Shown in pieces: positions 38,893-47,560 of a stretch of 64,000 bases of DNA. Positions within the stretch are counted from its first letter, which is position 1; every line of letters starts with the position of its first letter. Position numbers and translations under genes: made by a program. This stretch comes from a virus. Below the pieces are notes generated by a model. It did no database searches and had not been told where the DNA came from. It saw nothing but the letters and a program-made list of their open reading frames with translations. The stretch lies in IMG/VR virus record IMGVR_UViG_3300044960_000113, positions 32,001 through 96,000 of that record, one strand, 5' to 3'.

Positions 38893-39042
38893 GTATTGAT
38901 TTATATAGATATTTTATATGTTATTGATTTTATTACAAAAACCCGGGTGGACCAGAAGTTAATCATGTATAAATCATATTACAGAAACTGATCGGTTCAC
39001 CCAGATGCATCCAGATAACATATTTCTATAAGTTATTGATTT
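38893..39042. repeat. About 150-bp intergenic direct repeat, copy 2
   Basis: Near-identical to 37618-37768; a degenerate third partial copy lies at 36930-36984. Confidence 0.95.
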
Positions 39043-39118
39043 AATTAATATCTATGTTATTGATAATATTATACTTTTAATTTTTCTAAATATAATCTAT
39101 ATCTCTATATAAAAACAA

Positions 39119-39143
39119 CAATAGGGTCAATTTGACCCTATTG
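39119..39143 (-). terminator. Intrinsic terminator-like hairpin
   Basis: CAATAGGGTCAA-t-TTGACCCTATTG followed by TGTTTTT on the minus strand. Confidence 0.75.
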
Positions 39144-39171
39144 CCTTTAAGTTACGAAATATGTTCACATA

Positions 39172-39741
39172 TTAAGCAACCTTTTCAGTCACCCGTTTAA
39201 CAATACGGTAACCCTGTTTGGTGCTCTCAATGTTGAGAGTTTTATCTTTACGAAGTTCAGAAATCATAACGCCAACTGAACCTGGTGTTGCACCGATTTT
39301 TTGTGCAATAACTTCTTTATTTACATAAGTATCAGAAGCTCCAGCATCATTAAGCATAGAAAGAAGCATTTCAAACTTCTCTGATTTTTTACTTTTACGT
39401 GGTTGTTGATTTACTTTAACAACTTTTGAAGTTGATTTGACTTTAGCTGAAGTGTTAATATCTGAAACATTGTTCATATTTATTTCTCCTTTTTCATAAA
39501 AAATTGGAACAGGTTTAAATTCTGGATCAATAGTAGGACGAATAGCATTCACAACAATTTGACGAAGTGCACGCTGTCCATCTTCTAATTTTGCAGCTGG
39601 CTCAAAGCCAAGTTCTTGAAGTTCTTTGTTGACATAATCGATATCGTTAAATTTTTTATTCCCACTAAAATGATACATAGCACGTATGTAAGAGTTAGTA
39701 GGAACATTCTTTTCAGCAAGTTTCTTAAGAACTTCAGTCAT
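39172..39741 (-). CDS. Putative DNA-binding protein with C-terminal winged HTH
   Basis: VNKEVIAQKIGATPGSVGVMISELRK...IESTKQGYRI. Confidence 0.65.
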   Translation of the reverse strand: MTEVLKKLAEKNVPTNSYIRAMYHFSGNKKFNDIDYVNKELQELGFEPAAKLEDGQRALRQIVVNAIRPTIDPEFKPVPIFYEKGEINMNNVSDINTSAKVKSTSKVVKVNQQPRKSKKSEKFEMLLSMLNDAGASDTYVNKEVIAQKIGATPGSVGVMISELRKDKTLNIESTKQGYRIVKRVTEKVA

Positions 39742-39776
39742 CTCTTTACTCCTTTGTGATCATCACCATAAAAAAT

Positions 39777-39805
39777 ATTATATCTAGTTTCTAGTTAAAA
39801 GTAAA
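39777..39805 (-). promoter_or_regulatory. Early sigma70-type promoter
   Basis: TTTACT-N17-TATAAT. Confidence 0.7.
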
Positions 39806-39859
39806 TAGAAATCTAAAAATATTTTTTATTAAAAATCAATAAGATAGGAAATAATTGTT

Positions 39860-40369
39860 TTATTTGACAATTTCTTTTACATTACCAGTGAAAGTTAGTG
39901 TCTTGCAAGTTTTGCAAAACCATTGTTTGGTGTTATTTGAAATTTGATTATGTTTTCGTTGACTGAGGAAAAATTTTTTCCCATGACATTTGCAACTATA
40001 TTCATAACGTCTGCAGGTGTATTTTTGTTTAACTAAAGAAACATCATACGAATGAGTACGTTTACCATCGCCACCGAGTTTGATGAAAACAGATTTGAAA
40101 TGATTACCATGACCCTTTCCAATATTACCATACAATTTGTAAGAGACCAGGTGAGCAATTTCATGTTTGATGGTATTATGAAACTTGTCAGAATTCATTT
40201 CTGCAAGAACAGCATTGAATTCGACGGAATTTTTATAGTAATATGCCCTACCACCACGAGTTCCACGATAGATAAAATTGACTTCGGGTGTAGTCATCTG
40301 AATACCAAACAGTTGATTGGCATGTTCAACCGTTTTTTTGACTTCTGAAATAATTTCACTAGGAGACAT
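39860..40369 (-). CDS. SprT-like zinc metalloprotease
   Basis: HEIAH, HGNHFK, C-terminal CKC...CKTC. Confidence 0.85.
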   Translation of the reverse strand: MSPSEIISEVKKTVEHANQLFGIQMTTPEVNFIYRGTRGGRAYYYKNSVEFNAVLAEMNSDKFHNTIKHEIAHLVSYKLYGNIGKGHGNHFKSVFIKLGGDGKRTHSYDVSLVKQKYTCRRYEYSCKCHGKKFFLSQRKHNQISNNTKQWFCKTCKTLTFTGNVKEIVK

Positions 40370-40408
40370 ATTCTAGTTGTTCCTTCTTAATTAACTGAAT
40401 ATGGTAAT

Positions 40409-40437
40409 ATTATACACTAATACCTAGGAAAAGTAAA
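40409..40437 (-). promoter_or_regulatory. Early sigma70-type promoter
   Basis: gTTTACT-N17-TATAAT. Confidence 0.7.
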
Positions 40438-40491
40438 CAGTTTAAAATAACTATATAAATCAATAACTTATATACTATATATTCTAAGTTA

Positions 40492-40701
40492 TTAATCCAT
40501 AATGATAATTTTATGAGCCCTATAGAAATGATATTCGGCAACTTTTTTGGCACCTTCTTTGGTTTCAGCTAAAACTCGCCATTCTTCCCAGCGTGGTTCG
40601 CGATGAATAACATTGTCCACTGCAGCTCGTTTTACTTTACATTTAAACATTCTAATAGGACGTTCAATTTGGGGGTTCTGAATTGTACCTGAAATTGACA
40701 T
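40492..40701 (-). CDS. Hypothetical protein
   Basis: ORF track. Confidence 0.6.
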   Translation of the reverse strand: MSISGTIQNPQIERPIRMFKCKVKRAAVDNVIHREPRWEEWRVLAETKEGAKKVAEYHFYRAHKIIIMD

Positions 40702-40707
40702 ATTTAA

Positions 40708-40941
40708 TTAACCTTCTACTTTTAGCCATTTACCATCAGGCTGTTTTTTGTATCGTTGACCATATCCTGTGCCTAGACGTCCAACACCATATTTTTTCCA
40801 AGATGCTGGTGTCATTTTAGCCCAAGACCAAGGGTTCATTTTCGTTTTCCCATCAATCATTTCATCTGTAAACATATCACCAAAATCATCGTATTCATCG
40901 AGATATCCAACCCAATATACTACTGCTTTTTCATCTGACAT
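40708..40941 (-). CDS. Hypothetical protein
   Basis: ORF track; AAGGA RBS. Confidence 0.65.
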   Translation of the reverse strand: MSDEKAVVYWVGYLDEYDDFGDMFTDEMIDGKTKMNPWSWAKMTPASWKKYGVGRLGTGYGQRYKKQPDGKWLKVEG

Positions 40942-40952
40942 AATATTATTCC

Positions 40953-41192
40953 TTATTCAAAAATCCAACCTTTTTTAGAATCATAAAACCAAGCTCCCAT
41001 GCAAATACCACTATTTTTTGTTTGTGCAACTAATCCACTAGAAACTGGAAGAACTAGTAAATCTTTTTCTTTTGCGATTTTTCCCCATTCATCCAAAGAA
41101 GTAACTTGTTTACTTCCATCCGGTCCAAAATTAATTGAGTTTTTCATACGCAAGACCTCCATCAGTTGAATAAAAAATTTCTTTGATACCAA
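40953..41192 (-). CDS. Hypothetical protein
   Basis: ORF track; likely start at MKNSIN after GAGGT. Confidence 0.55.
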   Translation of the reverse strand: MVSKKFFIQLMEVLRMKNSINFGPDGSKQVTSLDEWGKIAKEKDLLVLPVSSGLVAQTKNSGICMGAWFYDSKKGWIFE

Positions 41193-41544
41193 AATCTTTT
41201 ACTGCTTGCATACACCCCTTACACGGTCGAGCATTTCCAATCTTGCCAGTTTTTTGAAGCCGATACACAAACAATTTCGCATTGGTAAAATCTTCAATTT
41301 GGTTCTTTGCGCGTACTATAGCATCGATTTCAGCATGAATAGAATGTTTGCAAGTATCATCATTAAACCGAAATGCATTATACTTCTTTTGCAGCGGATG
41401 AGATTTGTTCTCATCATTTACACCAACAGCAACTACACTTTTGTTAACAATTATAGCTGCACCAATCTTAAACTTTGAATGGTTAGACGTTTTCGATACA
41501 GCTTTTGCAACATCAAAATATCGCAAATCTCTATCAGAGAACAT
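41131..41544 (-). CDS. Zinc-dependent CMP/dCMP-type deaminase
   Basis: HAEIDA and PCKGC motifs; start placed at MFSDRD (ORF track 41559). Confidence 0.85.
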   Translation of the reverse strand: MFSDRDLRYFDVAKAVSKTSNHSKFKIGAAIIVNKSVVAVGVNDENKSHPLQKKYNAFRFNDDTCKHSIHAEIDAIVRAKNQIEDFTNAKLFVYRLQKTGKIGNARPCKGCMQAVKDFGIKEIFYSTDGGLAYEKLN

Positions 41545-41578
41545 AGTCATCCTATTCAATCATCGATTTGATAGGATA

Positions 41579-41607
41579 ATTATAACATAGTTTTTAGAAT
41601 ATGTAAA
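41579..41607 (-). promoter_or_regulatory. Early sigma70-type promoter
   Basis: gTTTACA-N17-TATAAT with extended TG. Confidence 0.7.
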
Positions 41608-41621
41608 CTATTTGATTTTAT

Positions 41622-41666
41622 TTAATGAAATCAATAACTTGTAACCCACTGAGATTTAACTCTATT
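41622..41666. repeat. 45-bp perfect direct repeat, left copy
   Basis: ttaatgaaatcaataacttgtaacccactgagatttaactctatt, identical to 46391-46435. Confidence 0.97.
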
Positions 41667-41710
41667 TTTATCACATATTTCAAGAGTATCAGTTTTGGTC
41701 ATTTTCTAAA

Positions 41711-42742
41711 TTATATTTCTTTTAAAATTTCGTTAAGTGGTTTCATTTGAGATAGCAATTTAGGATTTGGTTTACCACCAATATATCCACCAGTATTTAT
41801 CCATGTATTAGTTTTGATAGGACCAGATTCTAAATAGTCTTTTTGTTTGATTGTTAGTAAATCGTTTCCATATTGTACGACTAATAATGCATTATCTCCC
41901 CATTTTTTGTTTGCACTTAATCGTTCACCACACCACACTAATAATTTTCCATTTACCTCTATAAATTTTTTACCTTTTATAATTGGATTAAATGGTTTAA
42001 TTATGTTAATTAAATCATCATTTGTAAAAGAGATAGTTTTTTCAACCTTAACTTTTTCAACCTTAACTTTTTCAACCTTAAGTTTTGGAAGTTTGGGCGG
42101 TTTTTCAAGAACTTCTGTAATTTCTACAGTATCTGTTATTTTTCTATTAAAGGTTTTTTCAACTACAGATTTATCACCTATTTCAGGAGTATCAGTCTTA
42201 GGCCATTCTCCAAGTTCTTTAACTGGTAATAATGGAAGATTTGATGTTGGTTGTTCAGCTCTACTAAAACTCATATCATACTCTAATGCTGAATAACAAA
42301 CATGGTTAATATGATGCAGTACTTGGTTTTTTTCTAGTCCTAGTTTATCGGCATATGGATTATAGTTGTTTAATGCTAAACCTTGTGGATGTGCTTCTGA
42401 AATTTTAAACCATTTCTCTATTTCTTCTTCACCACTCCAAAATTTTGGATTAGGCAGTCCATCTACTAGATAACCAAGTCGATGCTGAAGTACCCAATGA
42501 TTATCATCAATCAGTTCAATAGAGAATAACATATTATCAAGGATATGTTTCTCATCATGACCGGCTTGGAGTAATCTAGCTTTGATCTCAACAAGGAAAT
42601 TGCCATCACCTGCGGCAGGTTCTAGCCATGTTAGATTAGGATTGAACCAGATTTCAGGTGGAAGCTTGTCCAGCATCTCATGAATTAAAGATGCTGGAGT
42701 GAAGACTTCACCAGATTGTTTAATGCGAGATCTAGATTTCAA
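41711..42742 (-). CDS. DNA adenine methyltransferase-like protein (SAM-binding half, no NPPY)
   Basis: GEVFTP, LEPAAGDGNFL (motif I), SIEL; no motif IV seen; 15-bp repeat x3 at 42038-42081. Confidence 0.7.
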   Translation of the reverse strand: MKSRSRIKQSGEVFTPASLIHEMLDKLPPEIWFNPNLTWLEPAAGDGNFLVEIKARLLQAGHDEKHILDNMLFSIELIDDNHWVLQHRLGYLVDGLPNPKFWSGEEEIEKWFKISEAHPQGLALNNYNPYADKLGLEKNQVLHHINHVCYSALEYDMSFSRAEQPTSNLPLLPVKELGEWPKTDTPEIGDKSVVEKTFNRKITDTVEITEVLEKPPKLPKLKVEKVKVEKVKVEKTISFTNDDLINIIKPFNPIIKGKKFIEVNGKLLVWCGERLSANKKWGDNALLVVQYGNDLLTIKQKDYLESGPIKTNTWINTGGYIGGKPNPKLLSQMKPLNEILKEI

Positions 42743-45700
42743 TCTTTTATAGTACTTTCTATTAAATCAATTTCTTCTTGTGTTAAATTAAAATATTCAT
42801 ATAATTCTTGATCTGTCCATGATTTAGAAATATCAACATATGGAATATGATAACAGAAAAAATCTGTAGCAAAACCCCCTGATCTATTATTAACATTTAA
42901 AAATTTAATTAATTTAGAATTTAAATAATTTATTAAATTATTTCCCTCTTTTTCATTTTTAACTTCTATAGCATGAGAATGCCAACATGTTCCGCGTGTT
43001 CCTTCATCATAAATGGGATTAAATTCACCACAATTTGAAAATAATACTTTAGTTAAAGTTAAATCTTTAGGTTCTTTTTCAGCCCATGATAATTGTTGGG
43101 CATTAGTGTTAAATATTGGATATTTAAATTTGTCATTTTTTATTTTTGATGCATAATAAATTTTACTTTGAGAAATTTTAAAATATTTTTTATTTTCTAA
43201 TGTTTTATTTTGAATACTAAAATATTCATCTTTAATAATATTATTGTATATAGATGGAATATTTTTATTAATGTTAACATGTCTTTTAGTATTATTAATA
43301 ATAAATTCAGTATTTTTATAATTATTATTATTTTCTAACAACCACCAACATATATCAACGCCAACATTAAAAATATCTTTAGATAAAATATTAACTGATT
43401 TAAGATTTTTTGTTAAAAATAATTTTTTTGTTTTTTCACATTTTATCCATGTTGTTGGTGTTACTAAACATAAAGTTCCATCTTGTTTAAGATATGGAAG
43501 AAGTTTGTGAATAAATTTTTTCCATAAAGAATGTGTTTTATTTCCACCACTTTGATTGCCTTGATATGGAGGATTCCCAATAATAATATCAAATTTCATA
43601 TCTTTCAAATTGTCCCATTTAATAACATTAAACCCAAGTCTTTCGAGGTGGTCAATAAAAAAATTAAAATATTCTAAACATACAATTTCCGCATTAGGAA
43701 ATTCCCGTTTTAACACTATTGGTAATGCACCATTTAATGCATTTACTACACCAATGTTAATTTTACCTTTTGTATATTTATTCTTCGGAATTGCTTTAAC
43801 AATGTCTTCAGCTAAATCAAAACTCATATATACTAAACCTAATTTTTGTTTGTTTGTCGTGTTTTCAAAAATTTCTTCATATAAAATTTTTAATGATGAT
43901 AAACTTGGTTCTAATTTACCATCTTCAGGTTGTAATAGATAAGAATACGCTTCTTTTCGAACGTTTAAATATTCTGTCAGTATCGATTCAAATTTTTTAT
44001 TTTTCTTAATTTCTGTTATAACAACGTCCATAACCTCTTCTGAAAACATTTCTTTAATAGCGTTATTACTTAAAACTTTAATGACATCAAAATTATTAGT
44101 AGTAAATGATACCCATTGAGCTTCTTTCATAATCGCTTGAATAAGCTCTTCAATTTGTTCAATTCTATTAGTTTCTTGTTTATTATTTTTATTTTTTAAT
44201 AAATTGGCTAGATATATGTTTTTTACTTTCGATCCGTTTTTATTAGTTAAAGATATATTTTTAAACTTAGTTTTAAATTTAAAATTATTAATATCAATAT
44301 TTTTCCATGTATTTTTTAAATCGAATTTTGAAATGCATTCATATAGGTTATTAGATGATAATTTATTTTTTATTGAAGATTTATAATAATCTTGAACTGA
44401 AGATAATATTTCTTCAGTTGTATATGTTTTATTATTGCCATTAATATCATATTCCGTAAGTGGAATACAATCTAACATTCCGACTGTAGAACAAGATTTA
44501 TCTAATTCTGATGTTTTTTTGGACATCAGTCCCATAACAATCATAAGATCGTTGCCAGGCACCAATGAATAAAGTTTTACTTCATCTTTTCCTGGATATA
44601 GACGAATCAGTCTACCCAAAAGTTGTTCAAATCCACTAATGTCGGAAATTTTATCCATTAGCACGATATGTCCTAATGGAGGAATATCAGTTCCTACTAT
44701 AAATTTCCCGCATGTCAAGATAATAACTTGTTTATACTCTTTTAAAAGAGTTTCAACATATTCATTGATTGTTATGTTTCGTTTTTTAGCATTTTTTTCT
44801 ATTGCGTAACTATCAATAAAATGTACGCCTTTTACGTTTTCATTTAATAATTTAGCTAAAGCTGGTATATATTCACCAGCACTATCACCATTTTGACCTT
44901 GTGGTAAAACCCACATGCCACACTTTTTAGAAACTGTACTTAGTTGTGGATCATTGATAATGCTTAATGGGTTTTTCTTTTTACTCAAAGAACTTGTATA
45001 AAGTCTATTTGGAAGTTCTATTATTTCATATTGTAAAACAAAATTTAAGTTTTCTCTCGCAAATAATTTTCTAGGATCAAATCCTTCTTCTGAAGAATAA
45101 ATACTGGCGATTCTATCACTTATTGAACTAAATGGTGTATTAAATACTTCTATCCTAATTTTTGGGAGTTTAGTGTGTTCGCGATATTTTAAACCCCAAA
45201 GAAGAGATCTTGACACAATTTCATCATTATTATAATAATGATAAACTTTATATGGTGTGGCCGTTAAATCGAGTATTTTTTTTGGTTTTATTTCACTAAG
45301 TACCTTTTTAGTAAAAGGCGCTTCATATTGAGAATGCCTTTCATCTATAATCCATAGATCAATATTATTAACGAGAAATTTATATTTGCTTCGTAGTGTA
45401 ATTATTTCATTTTGAATTTCAGAATTTTCTGAATATCTAACATCTTGAACAGTTAAGACAATAAAAATTAATTCTCCTGCTAGTTTTCTTTTAATAAGCT
45501 CTTTTACATTATATTTTTTAAATTCTTTTGAGTCAATATATGTTATTTTGCGGTTTCGATTATAACCAAAGTGGTAATTTTCGATATTTTCTTCAAAACT
45601 TTTTTTAGTATCAGAAATAGGAGTAGTAACTAATACAAAACCACCTTCTTTGATGTGACGTGCTGCCACTTCTATAGCAATCATTGTTTTTCCTCTGCCA

Positions 45701-46260
45701 GTATACGCAGAAAATAAACAGCGATGTTTATTATTTAGGTACACATTAAGAATATCTGATATATCTTTTTCCTGCATCCATCGCCACTGTGGATTAATTT
45801 TAGTACAATAGTCTTTAGTTAAACCTAACATATGTTTAAAAATATTAATGAGATCGGGTAAATCTCTATCCTTATTAAATTTTAAAAGTGCTTCACCGTT
45901 AGTATTTTCTTCCTGATATTTCGTATAGTTTGCACTAAAAGAAATTAAACCTTTTTTATGTCTTTTATTAATTTCTTTTCGAAGATCATTATCATAATTT
46001 TTCTTTTTATCAGAAACATCAAAAACAATTATAGCATTAGCTACTAAATCTTCACTTAATGAAGATTTACTACCTTTATATCTCAACTCAAATGCTTTAC
46101 TGGGAGTAACTCCAGAATAAGATTCGGCAGTAAATTCGCCAAGTTTATTATTACTAGTAATATATATACAACCTTGCCCAGGAACAAGGCAACCATTATT
46201 TAATGGGGTTTTTGATAAATGAAATATTTCAGCTTTAGAACCATCAATTTTTACACTCAT
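42739..46260 (-). CDS. SF2 helicase / Eco57I-type adenine methyltransferase fusion (restriction-modification-like)
   Basis: AYTGRGKT, IDERH, LTATP, QLLGRLIR; C-terminal DIIIGNPPY and TRD-like tail. Confidence 0.8.
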   Translation of the reverse strand: MSVKIDGSKAEIFHLSKTPLNNGCLVPGQGCIYITSNNKLGEFTAESYSGVTPSKAFELRYKGSKSSLSEDLVANAIIVFDVSDKKKNYDNDLRKEINKRHKKGLISFSANYTKYQEENTNGEALLKFNKDRDLPDLINIFKHMLGLTKDYCTKINPQWRWMQEKDISDILNVYLNNKHRCLFSAYTGRGKTMIAIEVAARHIKEGGFVLVTTPISDTKKSFEENIENYHFGYNRNRKITYIDSKEFKKYNVKELIKRKLAGELIFIVLTVQDVRYSENSEIQNEIITLRSKYKFLVNNIDLWIIDERHSQYEAPFTKKVLSEIKPKKILDLTATPYKVYHYYNNDEIVSRSLLWGLKYREHTKLPKIRIEVFNTPFSSISDRIASIYSSEEGFDPRKLFARENLNFVLQYEIIELPNRLYTSSLSKKKNPLSIINDPQLSTVSKKCGMWVLPQGQNGDSAGEYIPALAKLLNENVKGVHFIDSYAIEKNAKKRNITINEYVETLLKEYKQVIILTCGKFIVGTDIPPLGHIVLMDKISDISGFEQLLGRLIRLYPGKDEVKLYSLVPGNDLMIVMGLMSKKTSELDKSCSTVGMLDCIPLTEYDINGNNKTYTTEEILSSVQDYYKSSIKNKLSSNNLYECISKFDLKNTWKNIDINNFKFKTKFKNISLTNKNGSKVKNIYLANLLKNKNNKQETNRIEQIEELIQAIMKEAQWVSFTTNNFDVIKVLSNNAIKEMFSEEVMDVVITEIKKNKKFESILTEYLNVRKEAYSYLLQPEDGKLEPSLSSLKILYEEIFENTTNKQKLGLVYMSFDLAEDIVKAIPKNKYTKGKINIGVVNALNGALPIVLKREFPNAEIVCLEYFNFFIDHLERLGFNVIKWDNLKDMKFDIIIGNPPYQGNQSGGNKTHSLWKKFIHKLLPYLKQDGTLCLVTPTTWIKCEKTKKLFLTKNLKSVNILSKDIFNVGVDICWWLLENNNNYKNTEFIINNTKRHVNINKNIPSIYNNIIKDEYFSIQNKTLENKKYFKISQSKIYYASKIKNDKFKYPIFNTNAQQLSWAEKEPKDLTLTKVLFSNCGEFNPIYDEGTRGTCWHSHAIEVKNEKEGNNLINYLNSKLIKFLNVNNRSGGFATDFFCYHIPYVDISKSWTDQELYEYFNLTQEEIDLIESTIKD

Positions 46261-46293
46261 TTTCTACTTCTCCATAATTAATTATTAAATGAT

Positions 46294-46322
46294 ATTATAC
46301 TATACTTTTATTAAAATGTATA
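46294..46322 (-). promoter_or_regulatory. Early sigma70-type promoter
   Basis: TATACA-N17-TATAAT upstream of the helicase-methylase. Confidence 0.6.
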
Positions 46323-46390
46323 TATTTTTCTAATAGATGATTAAATTATTGATTTATATAGATATTATCTAAGTTATTGATTTATATAGA

Positions 46391-46435
46391 TTAATGAAAT
46401 CAATAACTTGTAACCCACTGAGATTTAACTCTATT
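46391..46435. repeat. 45-bp perfect direct repeat, right copy
   Basis: Identical to 41622-41666. Confidence 0.97.
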
Positions 46436-46981
46436 ATTTAATAGGTTCTCAAATGTTTTGTCGTTAATCTCATAATTAAACACTTTAAGAACTTGTAAAA
46501 AATTTCTATAATTAAATCCATCATAAGAGTCGACCTGTACAATTCTATCAATGTCTGCCTAGCTGAAGAAATTAGTGTTATTTAAACTATCATCAATTGC
46601 GACCCATTCAGTCATTTCTAGATGGTCATCTAACCACAATTTAATTTCATGATATCGTTGTGATGAAAAATTTACAGGTGTTGTTCAATCTTCATGGATG
46701 TTATATTTTCCGATATTTAATCCATTTAACTTAAAAAAATTAATCATCTCATCTATATTATAATGTTTCGCCTATGATGTCGACAATACGAATTTAGGTT
46801 TAATTTTTTCTATAATATAATTAAACATAGCCACAGCACAAGGGTCAAAAAATTTATAATGACCTTGATGCATTGGATCAGATTTACATCTTAAAGCTGA
46901 TCTATTCCCAGGTAAAAATTTAGCCCTACCTGAAATAAGTGGACCATCAATATCTAAAAAGATTATTTTAGTACTTTCCAT
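46400..46981 (-). pseudogene. HAD-family (Swiss-Army-knife RNA-repair type) phosphatase interrupted by three in-frame stops
   Basis: IFLDIDGPL...FVLSTS*...IHED*...WVAIDD...FFS*...VDSYDGF; stops TAG 46772-74, TGA 46685-87, TAG 46559-61, no frameshift; final TGA 46400-02. Confidence 0.75.
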
Positions 46982-47303
46982 TTTTTAATATTTCTAATGC
47001 TTTAGAACATATTAAGTCATGTCCATATTTTTTATTATGAAAATAAGATAATGGTATTATTATGGATCTTTCAAATGATATAAATTTTCTAACAGATAGG
47101 TATAAAATTAATTTATTAAATTTTTTATCATATTTTTTACTTAAAGTGTAAATTTTACCATGATAATTTTTATTATCATCATATTTAATTTCATCAATAA
47201 CACCATATTTCATTCCAATCCATGAGCGTCTTCTAACAGGATATAATAAAATATGTCCTGGATGAATAAAATTTCCAAACATATCACGTGGCGTATTTGT
47301 CAT
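46968..47303 (-). CDS. Hypothetical protein
   Basis: ORF track. Confidence 0.6.
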   Translation of the reverse strand: MTNTPRDMFGNFIHPGHILLYPVRRRSWIGMKYGVIDEIKYDDNKNYHGKIYTLSKKYDKKFNKLILYLSVRKFISFERSIIIPLSYFHNKKYGHDLICSKALEILKNGKY

Positions 47304-47304
47304 T

Positions 47305-47556
47305 TTATAATTCCTTCAATGAAATTATATTTGATATTTTAAATGAACGCCATTCTTTTTTGTCTAAATCGTATACTGATAAAATCTCTAAATTTTCTTT
47401 CTTTTTTCTTTTATTTTCTTCATTAGAGTTATTTTTTGGTAATAAATCTGGTTTAAGAGTACAACGCATTTTTCGAATATCACCATTAATTTTTTTAAAT
47501 TCTATTTCACATTCTTTTTCTAACAATGTTTGTTTGACTATACATCTAGTGTACAT
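47305..47556 (-). CDS. WYL_2/DUF2693-like SH3 beta-barrel protein
   Basis: IEFKKINGDIRKMRCTL...VYDLDKKEWRSF. Confidence 0.75.
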   Translation of the reverse strand: MYTRCIVKQTLLEKECEIEFKKINGDIRKMRCTLKPDLLPKNNSNEENKRKKKENLEILSVYDLDKKEWRSFKISNIISLKEL

Positions 47557-47560
47557 AATT

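Larger units (their letters stand above)
36971..46410. promoter_or_regulatory. Clustered IHF-consensus sites (WATCAANNNNTTR) in early-region intergenic DNA
   Basis: Perfect 13-mers starting at 36971, 36995, 37614, 37755, 37789, 38889, 39029, 40458, 41629, 46342, 46370, 46398, plus several 1-mismatch sites. Confidence 0.6.

Noticed and set aside
41631-41702. 23-aa mini-ORF (MTKTD...NRVKSQWVTSY) ending in the left 45-bp repeat in the same frame as the HAD pseudogene end
   Set aside because: No clear RBS; likely a by-product of the duplicated repeat.
27174-46981. Genome-wide stop-codon reassignment (TAG or TGA) to explain the interrupted genes
   Set aside because: Conserved enzymes translate full length in code 11, TGA is the real coupled stop of the LRR genes, and the broken genes contain TAA, TAG and TGA alike.
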